In this document: positions 48,991-61,065 of the stretch, piece by piece
Position numbering within the stretch: position 1 is the first letter of the stretch
Layout of the letters: the number at the start of each line of letters is the position of its first letter
Source of the DNA: Selaginella moellendorffii
Taxonomy: Eukaryota; Plantae; Lycopodiophyta
Direction of reading: 5' to 3'
Length of the DNA: 64,000 nucleotides
Assembly: GCF_000143415.4 (NCBI RefSeq)
Contig: NW_003314278.1
Span: 1,748,362-1,812,361, forward strand
Made by a program: the position numbers and the translations under genes
Notes under the pieces: model-generated
Databases searched by the model: none
What the model was told of the DNA's origin: nothing
Seen by the model: the letters and a program-made list of their open reading frames with translations, nothing else

Positions 48991-51050
48991 ATTTTTCAAA
49001 TTAAGTTTGTCAGAAGATCTCTTATCAGTAGCAATGGAGTTGTAATTTGGTATTTTCACTATGGGAAACATTTTAGATTCAAGCTTTATTGTTAAATTAC
49101 TTTTGTCATATATTTTTACTTAATTTTTTTCTTGGTAAAACTTTGAACTTGCCAAACTTTGAACAATTTAACTAGAATATCTAAATATATTTTAGGATAT
49201 TTTTCAATCTAACAGCTTTTTCTAATTTATTTATAATCGGTATTTAATAATAATTTTCTTAGTTAAACTAATACAAATTAACTTTAAAGTCTGTGTTTAT
49301 GTTTTAACTATTACTTCCTAATTAGATTTTTATGAATCATCCTTAGAACATAAGAAATAGTACCCTACAAAGATTCAATTACCACTATTTGGCACCCAAA
49401 ATCTTTTAAATACTGTAATGTATAAATCAATCAGGAGCTTATATCGTGAGCCCTATATATTTCTATTTTTAATTATATGAAAATTACTCAAAAAATTTAC
49501 ATTTGTAAGAGATTGGGTAATAAGTGTTTTCCTTACCCAAGTCAAAAATATTTATTAATTATTGTGGTGAGTATGTCATCTTTTGACTGCTTTCTATATC
49601 TGTAAAAAGATAATTCAAGCAGATAAGAACGTAAGACACCACCATAATGCCAAGGAAATGTAAAAACTAACAATATTTGAGATCACCATTTTTACAAGTA
49701 AATAAAAAAGTGACAACATTTGGGTTGTTTTTTACTTTTATGCCCTAGAATTAAACTATGCAAAACATAAATGCCAAATTAAATTATTTTTGGTTTGCTT
49801 AAACAAACCTGTAGGAATATACCTAGAATATCCTTGGATATTCTAGGATATTCTACCATCTAAAGGTTTTAGATTAATCATTATTAAACAAACCAAGTGT
49901 TGTTACATGCAATGCATAGAAAATTATTAATATTGCATGCTAAAGCCCTCAAACCATTATGATCAAACTTATAGTTCCATTTATCGTGGCTCCTACCCCA
50001 AGGATAGGGGTTCTTGCACAAAAATGTTATTTTTACTAGAAAAGAAACACAACTTGTGTTTAAAAGCCTAAATTGGGAGCCACATAAGGTGGAGGGTGTA
50101 CTTATAATTTGATATTCTTACACTAAACTTTTAGTTTCAAACTAATAATGTAAAAGTATTAGGAATATATAATAAGTTTACTATTTTATAAAATCCAAAA
50201 TAAGGAACCTATTTTGGAAAGATCAACTCAGAACGATCTCATCTAGATCTCAAGGATCCATAAAAAATAAGTGCCTTTATGATCTATTGGATTTGTCACG
50301 AAAATTCTGCTTGCTAAGGAGTTTGTTCCAATTAGAAGCTAAGCGCTCATGGACAGCTGGCCAGATCAGTGTGAGACACAGAAAGGGTGCCACATGGTAA
50401 TGGTTTTGCTAATTGGATGTCACAACAAGGGATGTCCATCTAGTGAGGAATTTAATACAATGTGATCAAAATCAATGACAGTCAACATAATTTTTATATT
50501 GACTCTTAACATCATGGTTTTGGAACAGGGGTTAGTTAATTATTGCTGTAATTCTATAGAAAAATAATAATGTTCATGAAATTTATAAAGTTATAGATTA
50601 ACATTAAAGCTTAAAGTGCCCCAAAGGACCATCTTGCAAGAAACCACAGCAGTGCTGCAATATCACCTTTAGAATCTTCAACATAATCAATCGATTACTG
50701 GTTGGAAGTTAATTAAGATGATTTATACTGCTATTAAGGCATGTAATCTAGCATCTTCATGGTTTCGCCAGCGTTAATCAAAGGGATTGATTTAAAGTAT
50801 CTAAAAACTACCAAAATTTTGTGGAAGAACTCAAAATGCTAATTTTAATACAACAGCGTTCTCTTTGAGGAACGCAATCAAAATCGCCACTGTTAATCTA
50901 GAGAAAGAAATTTGCTCTTGAAAGTTTTCTTTGGACTAAGCTGGATTTGCTAGCTTACAAACAGATCAGTACGAACACAGGAAATCACTCTAGAGAAAAA
51001 ATCCATTTGCTTGAGAAATGTCGTGTGTATAGTTTTTGTTTGCCTCGCAG

Positions 51051-51190
51051 GTCGGAAACACGATCGTTTACTCAAAGTACGCCGGCACTGAGATCCAGTT
51101 CAATGGTGCTGACCACATCCTCCTCAAGGAGGACGACGTGATTGGGCTGCTATCCACCGAGGACATCAAAGATCTCAAGCCTGTGAATGA
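51051..51190 (+). pseudogene. Isolated exon of the plastid co-chaperonin CPN20
   Basis: Acceptor ttgcctcgcag then VGNTIVYSKYAGTEIQFNGADHILLKEDDVIGLLSTEDIKDLKP; no other exons seen. Confidence 0.8.
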
Positions 51191-51630
51191 ACCCAATCTT
51201 ATTTGTCCTAGTAGATATTAGGTTAATATATGATGTCCATACTAGTAGACTAGAGCCAATTCCCTGCAATGTGGAATCACCTTTAGTGCATATTGCCCAG
51301 CAAATGCTAGTACAAAAATCAATAATTTTATACAATTTTTTTCTTTTGATATTTTTATATGTATATATATATACACACAATAGGCAGGGATTTTGAAGCT
51401 TTTCCCTTTTCCCAAGTTTGAGACAAGAGTTTTTAGCGGCTCTGGAGCGAAATGCTGAGTGCTAGCTGGCGGAGCCTTGGAAGAATGTCACCCATTTTCA
51501 GTGCTTCTGTGATGGCCTCAAGTAGAAAGAGTGGAACTACGGACATATATATGTATATAAAGTGGATCAACCGGTGGAAAGACTGAACCGGCCATGAAAA
51601 AACAAAAACAGAGCTAGGAAATATCAAACT

Positions 51631-51702
51631 AGCTCCCAGCGAGGTTCGAACTCGCGACCTTTCGCTTACGAAGCGAACGCACTACCACTATGCTATGGAA
51701 GC
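51631..51702 (-). tRNA. tRNA-Thr(CGU)
   Basis: Reverse complement GCTTCCATAGCATAGTGGTAGTGCGTTCGCTT-CGT-AAGCGAAAGGTCGCGAGTTCGAACCTCGCTGGGAGCT; A/B boxes and stems pair; downstream T-run. Confidence 0.95.
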
Positions 51703-51784
51703 CAAGTCGGTGACAAACGTCAGAGTAAAACCCATATATCCGCTCACGTGTCAATCCTAGCCACGTCATCACACCTCTCCGCCA

Positions 51785-52315
51785 ATGGTCGTGCTGCATC
51801 CCCGCCCAGGGCTGATTCACCCCCCATTCGGGGGACGGCAGACGATGGACTGTTGCGACAGCGACGATGACTGCTGCGACATAGTGCCACACCACCACGG
51901 GCACCACGGGCACCACCACGGGCACCACCACCACCACCACAGCCACAGCCCCCGCGTCCACATCTCCTCGGCCCACTGCTCACCGCGCTCCTGCTCCCCG
52001 GTGCGCGTCCGCGTGGGCGACGATACCACGGTGCTCTACTCGGGTGGCAGCCACTGCCACCGCCCCTCCTTCTACCACCACCACCACCACGACTCCCTCA
52101 CGCTCCACATCGACGATTCGCCGCCGTGCACGCCCCGGATCTCCGTGCGCGCCCGGAGCTGCTCGCCCGAGAGGGTGACGCTGAGCATCACGCCGCGATC
52201 TTGCCCCTTTTGCCCCTCGTGGCAGCGCTACTGCCGCTGGTGCCCGATCTGCCGCTGGTGCCCGTACTGCCACCACGGCTGCCCTCGCTATTGCGGCTAT
52301 TGCCGCCTGTGGTGA
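51785..52315 (+). CDS. Orphan His/Cys/Arg-rich protein, 176 aa
   Basis: GC-rich intronless ORF with strong C-ending codon bias against AT-rich flanks; poly-His tracts, CC pairs, CxxC repeats. Confidence 0.65.
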   Translation: MVVLHPRPGLIHPPFGGRQTMDCCDSDDDCCDIVPHHHGHHGHHHGHHHHHHSHSPRVHISSAHCSPRSCSPVRVRVGDDTTVLYSGGSHCHRPSFYHHHHHDSLTLHIDDSPPCTPRISVRARSCSPERVTLSITPRSCPFCPSWQRYCRWCPICRWCPYCHHGCPRYCGYCRLW

Positions 52316-52528
52316 AGCAAAGCAATGCCGCCACCCCGCTCTCCCATGCCTGACACTTCGATGCTGCGATTGAGGAGCCACTGAAGCTAACCAACGCCAT
52401 AGCCTCAGCAAGAAACTCGCGCTTACAATGTTCTTCTAAAGACTCTTATAAAAGACCTCTTCATTTCAAATTTTTAGGGTTCTTGGGTAGGGCTCTCTCT
52501 CTCTCTCTCTCTCTCTCTTCTTGCAGGA

Positions 52529-55500
52529 ATGGGGACGAGCGTCCAGCTGACCCCGCTCGCCGGCGCTCACTCCGAGGGGCCGCTCTGCTACCTCCTCCAG
52601 GTCGACGATTTCAGATTCTTGCTGGATTGCGGCTGGAACGATGTCTTCGATGTCTCTCTCCTCCAGCCCCTCGTCAGGTATTGGATTCTCGGCTTTTCTT
52701 GATTGACCATTGATATTTCAGTGTCGCTCCCACGATCGATGCTGTTCTTCTCTCCCATTCTGACACGCTGCATCTCGGAGCGCTACCCTACGCGATCGCG
52801 AAGCTGGGACTCAATGCGACCGTCTATTGCACGCATCCCATCCGGTCCATGGGCCATATGCAAATGTATGATCATTGCCTCTCGCGAACTGTGAGTTTTG
52901 TTCTTTCCGCTCAGCTCGTGGATGGACTGAAATAATGTATGGATTTCTTCTTTTCTTACAGGCTGTGTCGCATTTTGATCTCTTCAGCCTGGATGATGTA
53001 GACACTGCCTTCTCGAACACCTGTCCTCTCAAGTACTCTCAACATTTTCCTCTTCAAGGTAATCCCCGAGAAGAAAACTAGAAGAAATTTAAGGTTTTAG
53101 TTTTTCTCTAGTGCAGGCAAGGGGCAAGGCATTACCATCACACCGTTTCCAGCAGCCAGACTTTTAGGCGGAACTATCTGGAAAATCACTAAGGACACGG
53201 AAGACATCATATATGCTGTCGATTTCAACCATCGCAAAGAAAGGTTTCAGTTTTAGATTTGTTCATTTCCTGAGGCCTAGAATCTGAGGGCATGCTAACG
53301 CAGGCATTTAAATGCAACGGTTTTAGAGTCCTTCACTAGGCCTGCAGTGCTTATTACGGATGCTTACAATGCTCTCAATTCTCAGCCTGTGCGCCGGCAA
53401 CGAGATCAAGAATTTCTGGGTACGTCTTTCTTGGCTTTTTGTGAGCCATAGAGTTCTCTCCTGTTTTGTGATGCAGATATTATCTTGAGGACTCTACGCT
53501 CCTCTGGAAATGTTCTTTTGCCTGTCGAACCGTCTGGTCGGGTATTAGAGATTATTTTGTACCTGGACCAGGTATGCTCTCAAAACTAAGTTTACTTTGT
53601 AAGCGTCCTTTGCATGCAGCATTGGAGCCAGCACCGAATAAACGTACCCCTCGTTTTTCTTACGTATGTGGTCGGCAGCGTAACTGACTTTGTTAAGAGC
53701 TCGCTTGAATGGATGAATGATGCTATAGGAAAAGCATTCGAACAGAATCGTGAGAATCCATTCGCACTAAGGTGAGTGATCCGTTTTAACTGCATATTCT
53801 TATTTTTCATATTTACTTTCAGATCCGTGAAATTGTGCACCTCACGAAAACAGCTTGACGAGCTTCCTCCAGGACCCAGGGTAACGTTTTCTCGAAACTA
53901 AATCGTGAATACTCAATTATTGGTTCAGGTTGTTCTTGCATCCATGGCGAGCTTGGAAACAGGATTTGCGAAAGAATTGTTTTTGGAGTGGGCTGTAGAT
54001 CCTAAAAATCTTGTACTTTTTACGGAACGGGCTCAGGTAGTCGTTATTCTCTCCTATTTGCGAAAAGTTCATCGTTAAATTTTGGTAGGTTGGAACACTA
54101 GCGCGTCAGCTACAAGTGGAGCCTCCGCCAAAGATTGTGAAAATCACCATCAGCAAGAAAGTCCTTCTTGTCGGTGAGGAGCTGGAGGCTTACGAGCGTG
54201 AGCAGTCGCGGCTCAGAGAGGAAGCAAGGAACGCAGCTTCTCAACAGGAACCAGTCCAGCCAGCTTCTTCAAGCGACGACCTGATGCCATCGGCTCCGGA
54301 CGAGTCAAGTACACCATCAGAAGGTGATGAGTTTGTCAGTTTTCTCTTGGCTTAAGACGATAGTCCTTGTTCATTCCAGGGAAACAGCAAGCGGTCACTG
54401 TTCATCATGATATTTTCATAGATGGTTTCACGGTTCCGGCTGACACCGTAGCACCCATGTTCCCGGTTTATGACGATAGCAACGAACGTGACGAGTATGG
54501 GGAAATTATTAACCCTGATGACTTTGTGATTAAAGAAGAGTTTATGGACTACTCCCAAACTCAGGCTGTAAGTGATGTTCTTAGTGCATCTAAAACTGGT
54601 TTTAACGATTTGTTTTTTTTACAGAATGCAAATAATATAAAGCTAGAGACAGAAGGAGACACCTCTGCAGAAAAGCCGTCGAAAGTCGTCACGACTGATA
54701 CAGCGGTATTTCTAGTACTCAGAAATTACTGAGTATTTTCTAAAATATCTCTCTTGTGATGTTTAGGTGGTCCCACTGTGTGCGCTGACATTCATGGATT
54801 TTGAGGGCCGAGCCGATGGACGATCGATCAAGTCGATATTGGCCCATGTAGCTCCCTTGAAGCTGGCAAGTGTAGCCTTCTCCTTTATCTTCATTTGCTG
54901 ATTTGGAGGAGATCAGGTTTTGATCCATGGATCCGCGGAATCTACCGAACACTTGAAGCAGCACTGCCTCAAAAATGTCTGTCCGTTCGTCTACACTCCA
55001 CGGGTTGGTGAAAATATGAACGTCACTTCCGATCTCAATGCGTATAAGGTGCGATGAGAGTTTGAGACCCGTGTGTGAATGACTCCGTCCTTGTTCCTGT
55101 TTAGCTGAGGCTGACGGAGCGTATAATGAGCAGCGTCCTCTTCAGAAAGGTAAAACGTGGCATAGATTTGGAGTTTCAGCATTGTGCACGTTTCAGCTTG
55201 GAGATTACGAGCTAGCGTGGGTTGATGGAGAAATCGGACAGAATGAGGAGGACTTACTCCCACTTTTGCCTCTGGACGGAACGCCACCTCCACACAAGAC
55301 CGTCTTTGTTGGGGATTTGCGCCTTGCTGATTTCAAGCAGCTATTAGCCACCAAAGGCATCCAGGTTTGTTCTGCTGCCCTGGTTAGATGTTTGACCTCT
55401 GCTTCACATGCGCAGGCAGAATTTGCCGGTGGTGTTCTCCGTTGCGCTGACAACATAGCCGTTCGCAAGGTAGGTAGTTCCGAACTTTGTAAATCCGGAA

Positions 55501-55612
55501 ACTAAGTTGCTCTGCCCAGAGTGGAGGACAGCAACTCGTAATCGAGGGATCTTTGTCTGACGACTACTACAAAGTCCGGGAGCTGCTCTACTCACAATAC
55601 CACATAGTGTGA
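52529..55612 (+). CDS. CPSF100: Cleavage and polyadenylation specificity factor subunit 2, many short introns
   Basis: [101 protein letters not shown]. Confidence 0.95.
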
Positions 55613-55652
55613 ATGTAAAGTAAGTACCTTTCGAGACACTGGGGTGATCACA

Positions 55653-57075
55653 TTAGTTTGCTGTGAACAGCTTCTTGGCCAGAGTTTCGTGGAGGGCTTG
55701 TCGGGACAAGAGGTTTTCCATCTGCAAACAAGGAACCAATCAGCACAGGAACTTAAGATATCATATCCGGGGGCGTTGACTCACTCACCTTGGTGTTGTG
55801 GTGAACGGTCAAGCTGAGGACCGAGCTCACTTCGGGCTTCCAGTCGATGGAATCCAGCTCCAGACCGAGCTCCTGGAGGCAACTCAGCATCCTGACCAGG
55901 TCGTGATCCGGTCTCTTGACGTCGAAGCTGAGGTGAATTGCCGATCGCGCGGCGCGGGAGTCGTCATTATTGTCGAGCTCCTCCGTGAGCATGCTGGTGG
56001 GATTCGTTGCGGCTGGGGACAAGGACTCCACCTCTTGGTCGCCGGTGCCGCCGTTCAAGTTGGAGGTGAAGCTCGGGCTGCTCTGCTCTTGGAGCTCCGC
56101 GATCTGGCACCGGAGTTGCTTGATGTAGTCGATGGTGGCCTGGAGGACCGCGAGCTTGTTGGCCTGTCCAGTGCCACGTTCAGGGAGTGGAAATGAAAGT
56201 TGAAGCAAGTTTTCTTGTTTTAAAATGCTCATACCTTCTTCAAGGTCCCTTGTGGGATGAATTTCTTGAGCGTGGCCAGGTGCTCGGATTCCTTGGACCG
56301 CCGGGACCGCTCGGCCAGCATGTGGTTGTACGAGGCGGGAGTTTGCGCTGGAGCTCGCGGATTTGATTGGAATTGGATTAGGGGTTGGTGTTGGAGATCT
56401 TGAGCTTGAGCTACTTGAGAAGATGGCGCCTGTATTTCTAGTTGCTGCTGTTGGTGCTGCTGCTGGAGAGTTACATCTTCGGGGGCAGCCGAGGAGGAGG
56501 AAGCGCGAGATTGGAGCTGCTCCCTTTCGTGAACTTGCCGATAGAGATCCAGAATGGAGCACGCCATCGACTTCTTCCTGCAACCATGGCCATGAGTATG
56601 AGCGGTGCTTTCGATCCCAGGACTCCAGTATTGGAAGGCCTTGCCCGGATGGATTTCTACTTGTTCCACCGGTACCGCTTCCTCCTTGACCGCCATCACG
56701 GGCAGCGGCTGTTCGAAGTGCTGCTGCTGGAAACCCGCACCACGGCCCGTTTCCAGGGGAAAATCCACACGAGACAGCCCCTGAACCACGATGCTGTCGT
56801 GATCAAACAACTGAAACGCCTCGGTCCCGTCGAAGCTCCGGCTAAGTTGCTGAATGTGGGCTTGGAGCTCGTGATCGTCGTTGGGCTCCAGGAAGCCGCC
56901 GCCGCTGCTGGCCCCCGCGGAGCTCAGGCTGAAAGCAGACTCATGGCCCGTCGCTGCCCCTGGAAAGCTCCACGCCTCGGGATCGTACAAGGCCTGGGAT
57001 GGGAAGCACAGATTTGTGAGGAAGCAAAGGAGAACAAACTCTTGCTCCAAGGAGAGAACATACCTCCATCTCCAT
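55653..57075 (-). CDS. bHLH transcription factor with C-terminal ACT-like domain, 4 exons
   Basis: NHMLAERSRRSKESEHLATLKKFIP | ANKLAVLQATIDYIKQLR; LVRMLSCLQELGLEL. Confidence 0.88.
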
Positions 57076-57840
57076 GGCCTTTGCCGCTCCCTCGCTGCTG
57101 GTTACTTGTTCCAGGTCGGTCTCATCAGAGTTCTTAAGGGAAGAGATGGCAGAAAATCTGCGAACTAAGGCGAGATACTCTTGCTCCTCCACTTTGTTCG
57201 GCTGTTGCAGAGGATATCAATCTTTGGCCCCGATTTATTCAGCGGCTCCCCCGCATATTCCCCGAATACAACACGTGGGTTAAATGTGCACCTTCTCTGC
57301 TCGACACTGAGCTGTTAAACCGCCCTTTGACATCGCGGTTTCGGAGCGTAATCTAATCTAGCTTATGGCGAGGAAGGTGGTGAGGCAGCTTCCCAAGTGC
57401 CGCACGTTTTGGAAGCTTGCAAAGACCCCTCCTTTCCGCCTTTAGTCGAAGCCCACGCGAAGCCGCGGCGTGGAACGTCGAAGCTTTTGCGACATTGCCT
57501 GCTGCGCGGCCTGTCAAAACCACTTTCTTCACTAATCCCAAATACACGCAATCCTGTGTTCTGTGTGAGTTGTGTGTGATCAGGTCAGCATCTGGTTCTG
57601 GGCCACACCTACAAGGAACAATCAGCCACCATTTGTCAATTGATTGGAAGGGGGGCCACCCTAGCTCCTACAGTTGGGTCATTTTCCTGTTGAACACTTG
57701 GCTCGGCTTGCTTTTGGAATCACAGATCCTTTGGATTACGTAACTCTCACGTAATATATGGTGGTGGCTCTTGATTTTCAGGAACCATTGGGGATACAAA
57801 TTAGGCCATTTTCCTCCAGTGCTAACAAGTGTCTTGTTCC

Positions 57841-57876
<36 letters not shown>

Positions 57877-58392
57877 CTCTCTGTCTCTGTCTGTGGTTGT
57901 GGTTTATGCAAAGGACATTGTGTAATAAGTCGCAGCGAACATATGGTCTGTAACAAACTTAATGTTTCTGGAATACTAAATCAAACCCCTGGCCGTGATC
58001 TAGCGTGGATTAGAAAAGCATAGAATTGTATGAAACCGCGTTCAAGGCTTGTTCGGTGTTTATGTTGTGCCTGATCCAGTCCAGACGTATTCTACACGTA
58101 CTGCTAGTCCAATTCCAGTTTGCTACGGCATAAAGTTACGTAGTAACCGTAATAAAATGCGACCCCTTGCACGTGGCCTTTCATATTATCTCTAGCTCGA
58201 AACAAAGACAGTGTGAGGGAGTTCAAGTCAATTTTCTAGTTATATTTGCATATGATCCTATATGATGTGGAATAGCGTGGTGCAATAGACACATTAGTTC
58301 ATGGAATGTTCTAACATTACAAAAGTCATAGAACGTGTTCGCAATGCTCTGGGTATACATATCCATAAAGATCCCCGACTAGTGATCCTGCG

Positions 58393-58966
58393 ATGGTCCA
58401 TCGCAAGCTCGATCCCGTCGCCTGCTTGTCCCTCTTTCTCGCTCTTGGGCTTGCCACTCCAGGAATCAAGAAGGACACTACCTCCGCTGCCATCCTCCCG
58501 GCCGTCAACCGCCTCTTCCTCCGCATAAGTTGATGATTGATTCAATATGTCGAAGAGTTCTGTGAAACTGTTATTGCTGTGCAGTTGTCTACATCAATCC
58601 GGAACCCCCTGGTACATCTGCAGTGTAAGATTCTTTCTCTTTAGCGTTTCTGGTCTGATGATCGTGAGTTCACCGTGACCGTGACCGCAGTTTTCAGGTC
58701 GCCGCCAGGTGGTAAGGCTGAATGAACCAACAATCAATGTGTCTGCGTGTGTTTGGCATTTGGTTTCACAGGTCAAAGAGGCTTCGATTGCTCGCAATGC
58801 GTCGATTGCTGTTTCGCCTTCTATTGCATAATCCACGGTGAAGTTTGTGAGCATGTTAACGGTCTGTAATGCTCTTTTCATTGCTTGCATGGTTGATAAA
58901 ATCTGCTTCCTCTGTCCAGTGCTTGAAGAATGCCACCAGAACTGCCCCTTCGAATGTGTAATCTAA
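58393..58966 (+). CDS. Secreted cysteine-rich peptide gene, copy 1 (first donor and last acceptor altered; may be a pseudogene)
   Basis: Signal peptide; microexons 58585-58611 (27 nt) and 58691-58711 (21 nt); Cys exon 58772-58837 CSQCVDCCFAFYCIIH; tail CPVLEECHQNCPFECVI*. Confidence 0.6.
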
Positions 58967-59860
58967 CATTCTCGTAAAGACTCTGTAGAAAATCTTCCAT
59001 CGCAGCCAGCATGGTCTTAAAAATATCCAAAGATCCTCCCTTACATTGCACTCTCGTAAATCCCAGCAACATTGTCATGGCTCGAGAACGCTCAAGTCTC
59101 GTCTCTGGGATTTCCAAGAGACGACGAGAATTCCAGTCAGCGCGTGAAAGTCTGTCTCCCTCACCTTGCGATCTCGAAACATGCATAACTCCGTGCACTC
59201 CTCGCGATTGAAATATTAGGCAGATTCGTGCAGTTTTTCTTGCTTAACGTGTTGCAATTTATGGAGATGCTCCTGTTACAGCCGTTACTGTCAACTTGGC
59301 CGTCTAGATCCAAGTTCTTCCCATCATCTGTCAAAAAAAAGCTACTTCAAAATAGAATTAAAACATACCGCTAACTCGAAAGATCGGCAAGAAGACCGTG
59401 CACATCGGAAGAAAGCGGGCCTCGTCCAGTTCTACCAAAACAAACATCGAGGTTTGTGACGCTGCAACGTTACTTACATGTCCGATTAAAAACTCGTTTA
59501 AGAAACTGTATAAAACCGTGTTTAAGTCGATTGGCTGGTTGTTTGTGTATTGTCCAGGCCACGTATTCTCCATGTACTGCCAATCCATTTCCAGTTTGGC
59601 CACGGCATGAAGTTACGTAGTTCTACTGTAATGCAATGCGACCCATCCCTGCGCTCTATAACTCAAAAGACAGCCTGTGAGGGAGTTTAAACCACTTTTC
59701 TCTGCATAGATCCCATATAAGTAATATGAGGTGTGGAACAGCGTGTTGCAGCAGACATACATTAGTTCATGGAATGTTCTAACAGTACAAAGTCATAGAA
59801 GTGTGTCTGCTAGGCTCTGGGTATACATATAGAGAACAGTGCGACTGTAGTGATCCGGCA

Positions 59861-60451
59861 ATGGCCGCTTGGAAGCTTGATCTCTTCGCCTGCTTGTTCC
59901 TTTTTCTCGCTCTTGGGCTTGCCGCTCCAGATCCTACAGAGAATGGAGAACACCACCTCCGTCGCCATCCTTCAGACCGTCAAGCTCCTCCTCTTCTTCC
60001 TGGTAAGTTGCTCTAGATTCCAAGATGTCAGAGCTCCTGTCAAACTGGCGGTTGTTGTTGCAGATTTCGTCGGTTTCCCTGGTAAGTCTACAGTGTAAGA
60101 TTCTTTCTGAACTTCAGCGCTTTCTATCCGATGATCGTGAGTTTTGCCACCTCCGCAGTTTTCTGGTCGCCGCCAGGTGGTAAGGCTGAATGAGCCGACG
60201 ATCAATGTGTCTGTGTGTGTGTTTGGCATTTGGTTTCGCAGGTGATAGAGACTTTGACTGTCAGCAATGCGTCGACTGCTGCCTCGCGTTCACTTGCATA
60301 ATCCGCGGTGAACATTGCGAACAGTTTAACGGTCCGTAATCCTCTTTTCGTTGCTGCTTGATTTAATCTGCTTCCTCTTCGTCTTGCAGGCTTCCACTGT
60401 CCAGTGCTTGAAGCATGCAACCGGAACTGCCGCATGGAATGTTTACTCTAA
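59861..60451 (+). CDS. Secreted cysteine-rich peptide gene, copy 2 (intact, 5 exons, 102 aa)
   Basis: Exons 59861-60002, 60064-60081, 60159-60179, 60242-60307, 60390-60451; all introns GT-AG and phase 1; open frame to TAA. Confidence 0.8.
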
Positions 60452-61065
60452 CCAGCAAGAATACTGGCCATGAACTTAACCTTGATTTTCTCGTAATTTC
60501 TTTGAGCATGTATCCAATATCGCAAAACGCATGATTCATTCTTATGAATTTGTTTCCTCGCGAATCTCATCAACATTCTCATGGCTGGAGAACGCACAAT
60601 TCTCGTCACTCGAGCCAGCGACTGAAAGTCGGTCTCCCTCCTCTCCTTGCGATCTCGAAACAGGTGAACTCCGAGAGATCAAGACTGGCGACAAGGCCCT
60701 CTATCGAAAGAAAGGGGGCCTCGTTCAAACAAACAATGAGGTTTGTGATATATAGAAGGCATAAGAAAATGCAATGCTGCTTACCTTTAAGACTATCCAA
60801 GTAGTTGAACGTCAGGAAATCCTAAAAAAAGCCTGTGGCGAGAGCAAATGTGCCGACAGAATATACCGTAATACAATGCAACCCCTGCATGTGGCCTTGA
60901 ATATGTTCTCGAACTCAAAACAAAGACAGTGTGAAACCAATTTTCTAGTAATATCTCATATGCAGTGAGGAACAGCGTGTTGGACGTACAGTAGTTCATA
61001 GAAGGTTCTAACAGAATGCTCTGGGTATACATATAGAGAACTTTCCCGACTGTAGTGCTCCAGCA

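Noticed and set aside
57845-57890. (CT)n microsatellite (also 52493-52517, and (GATAAA)n near 16590)
   Set aside because: Ordinary simple repeats
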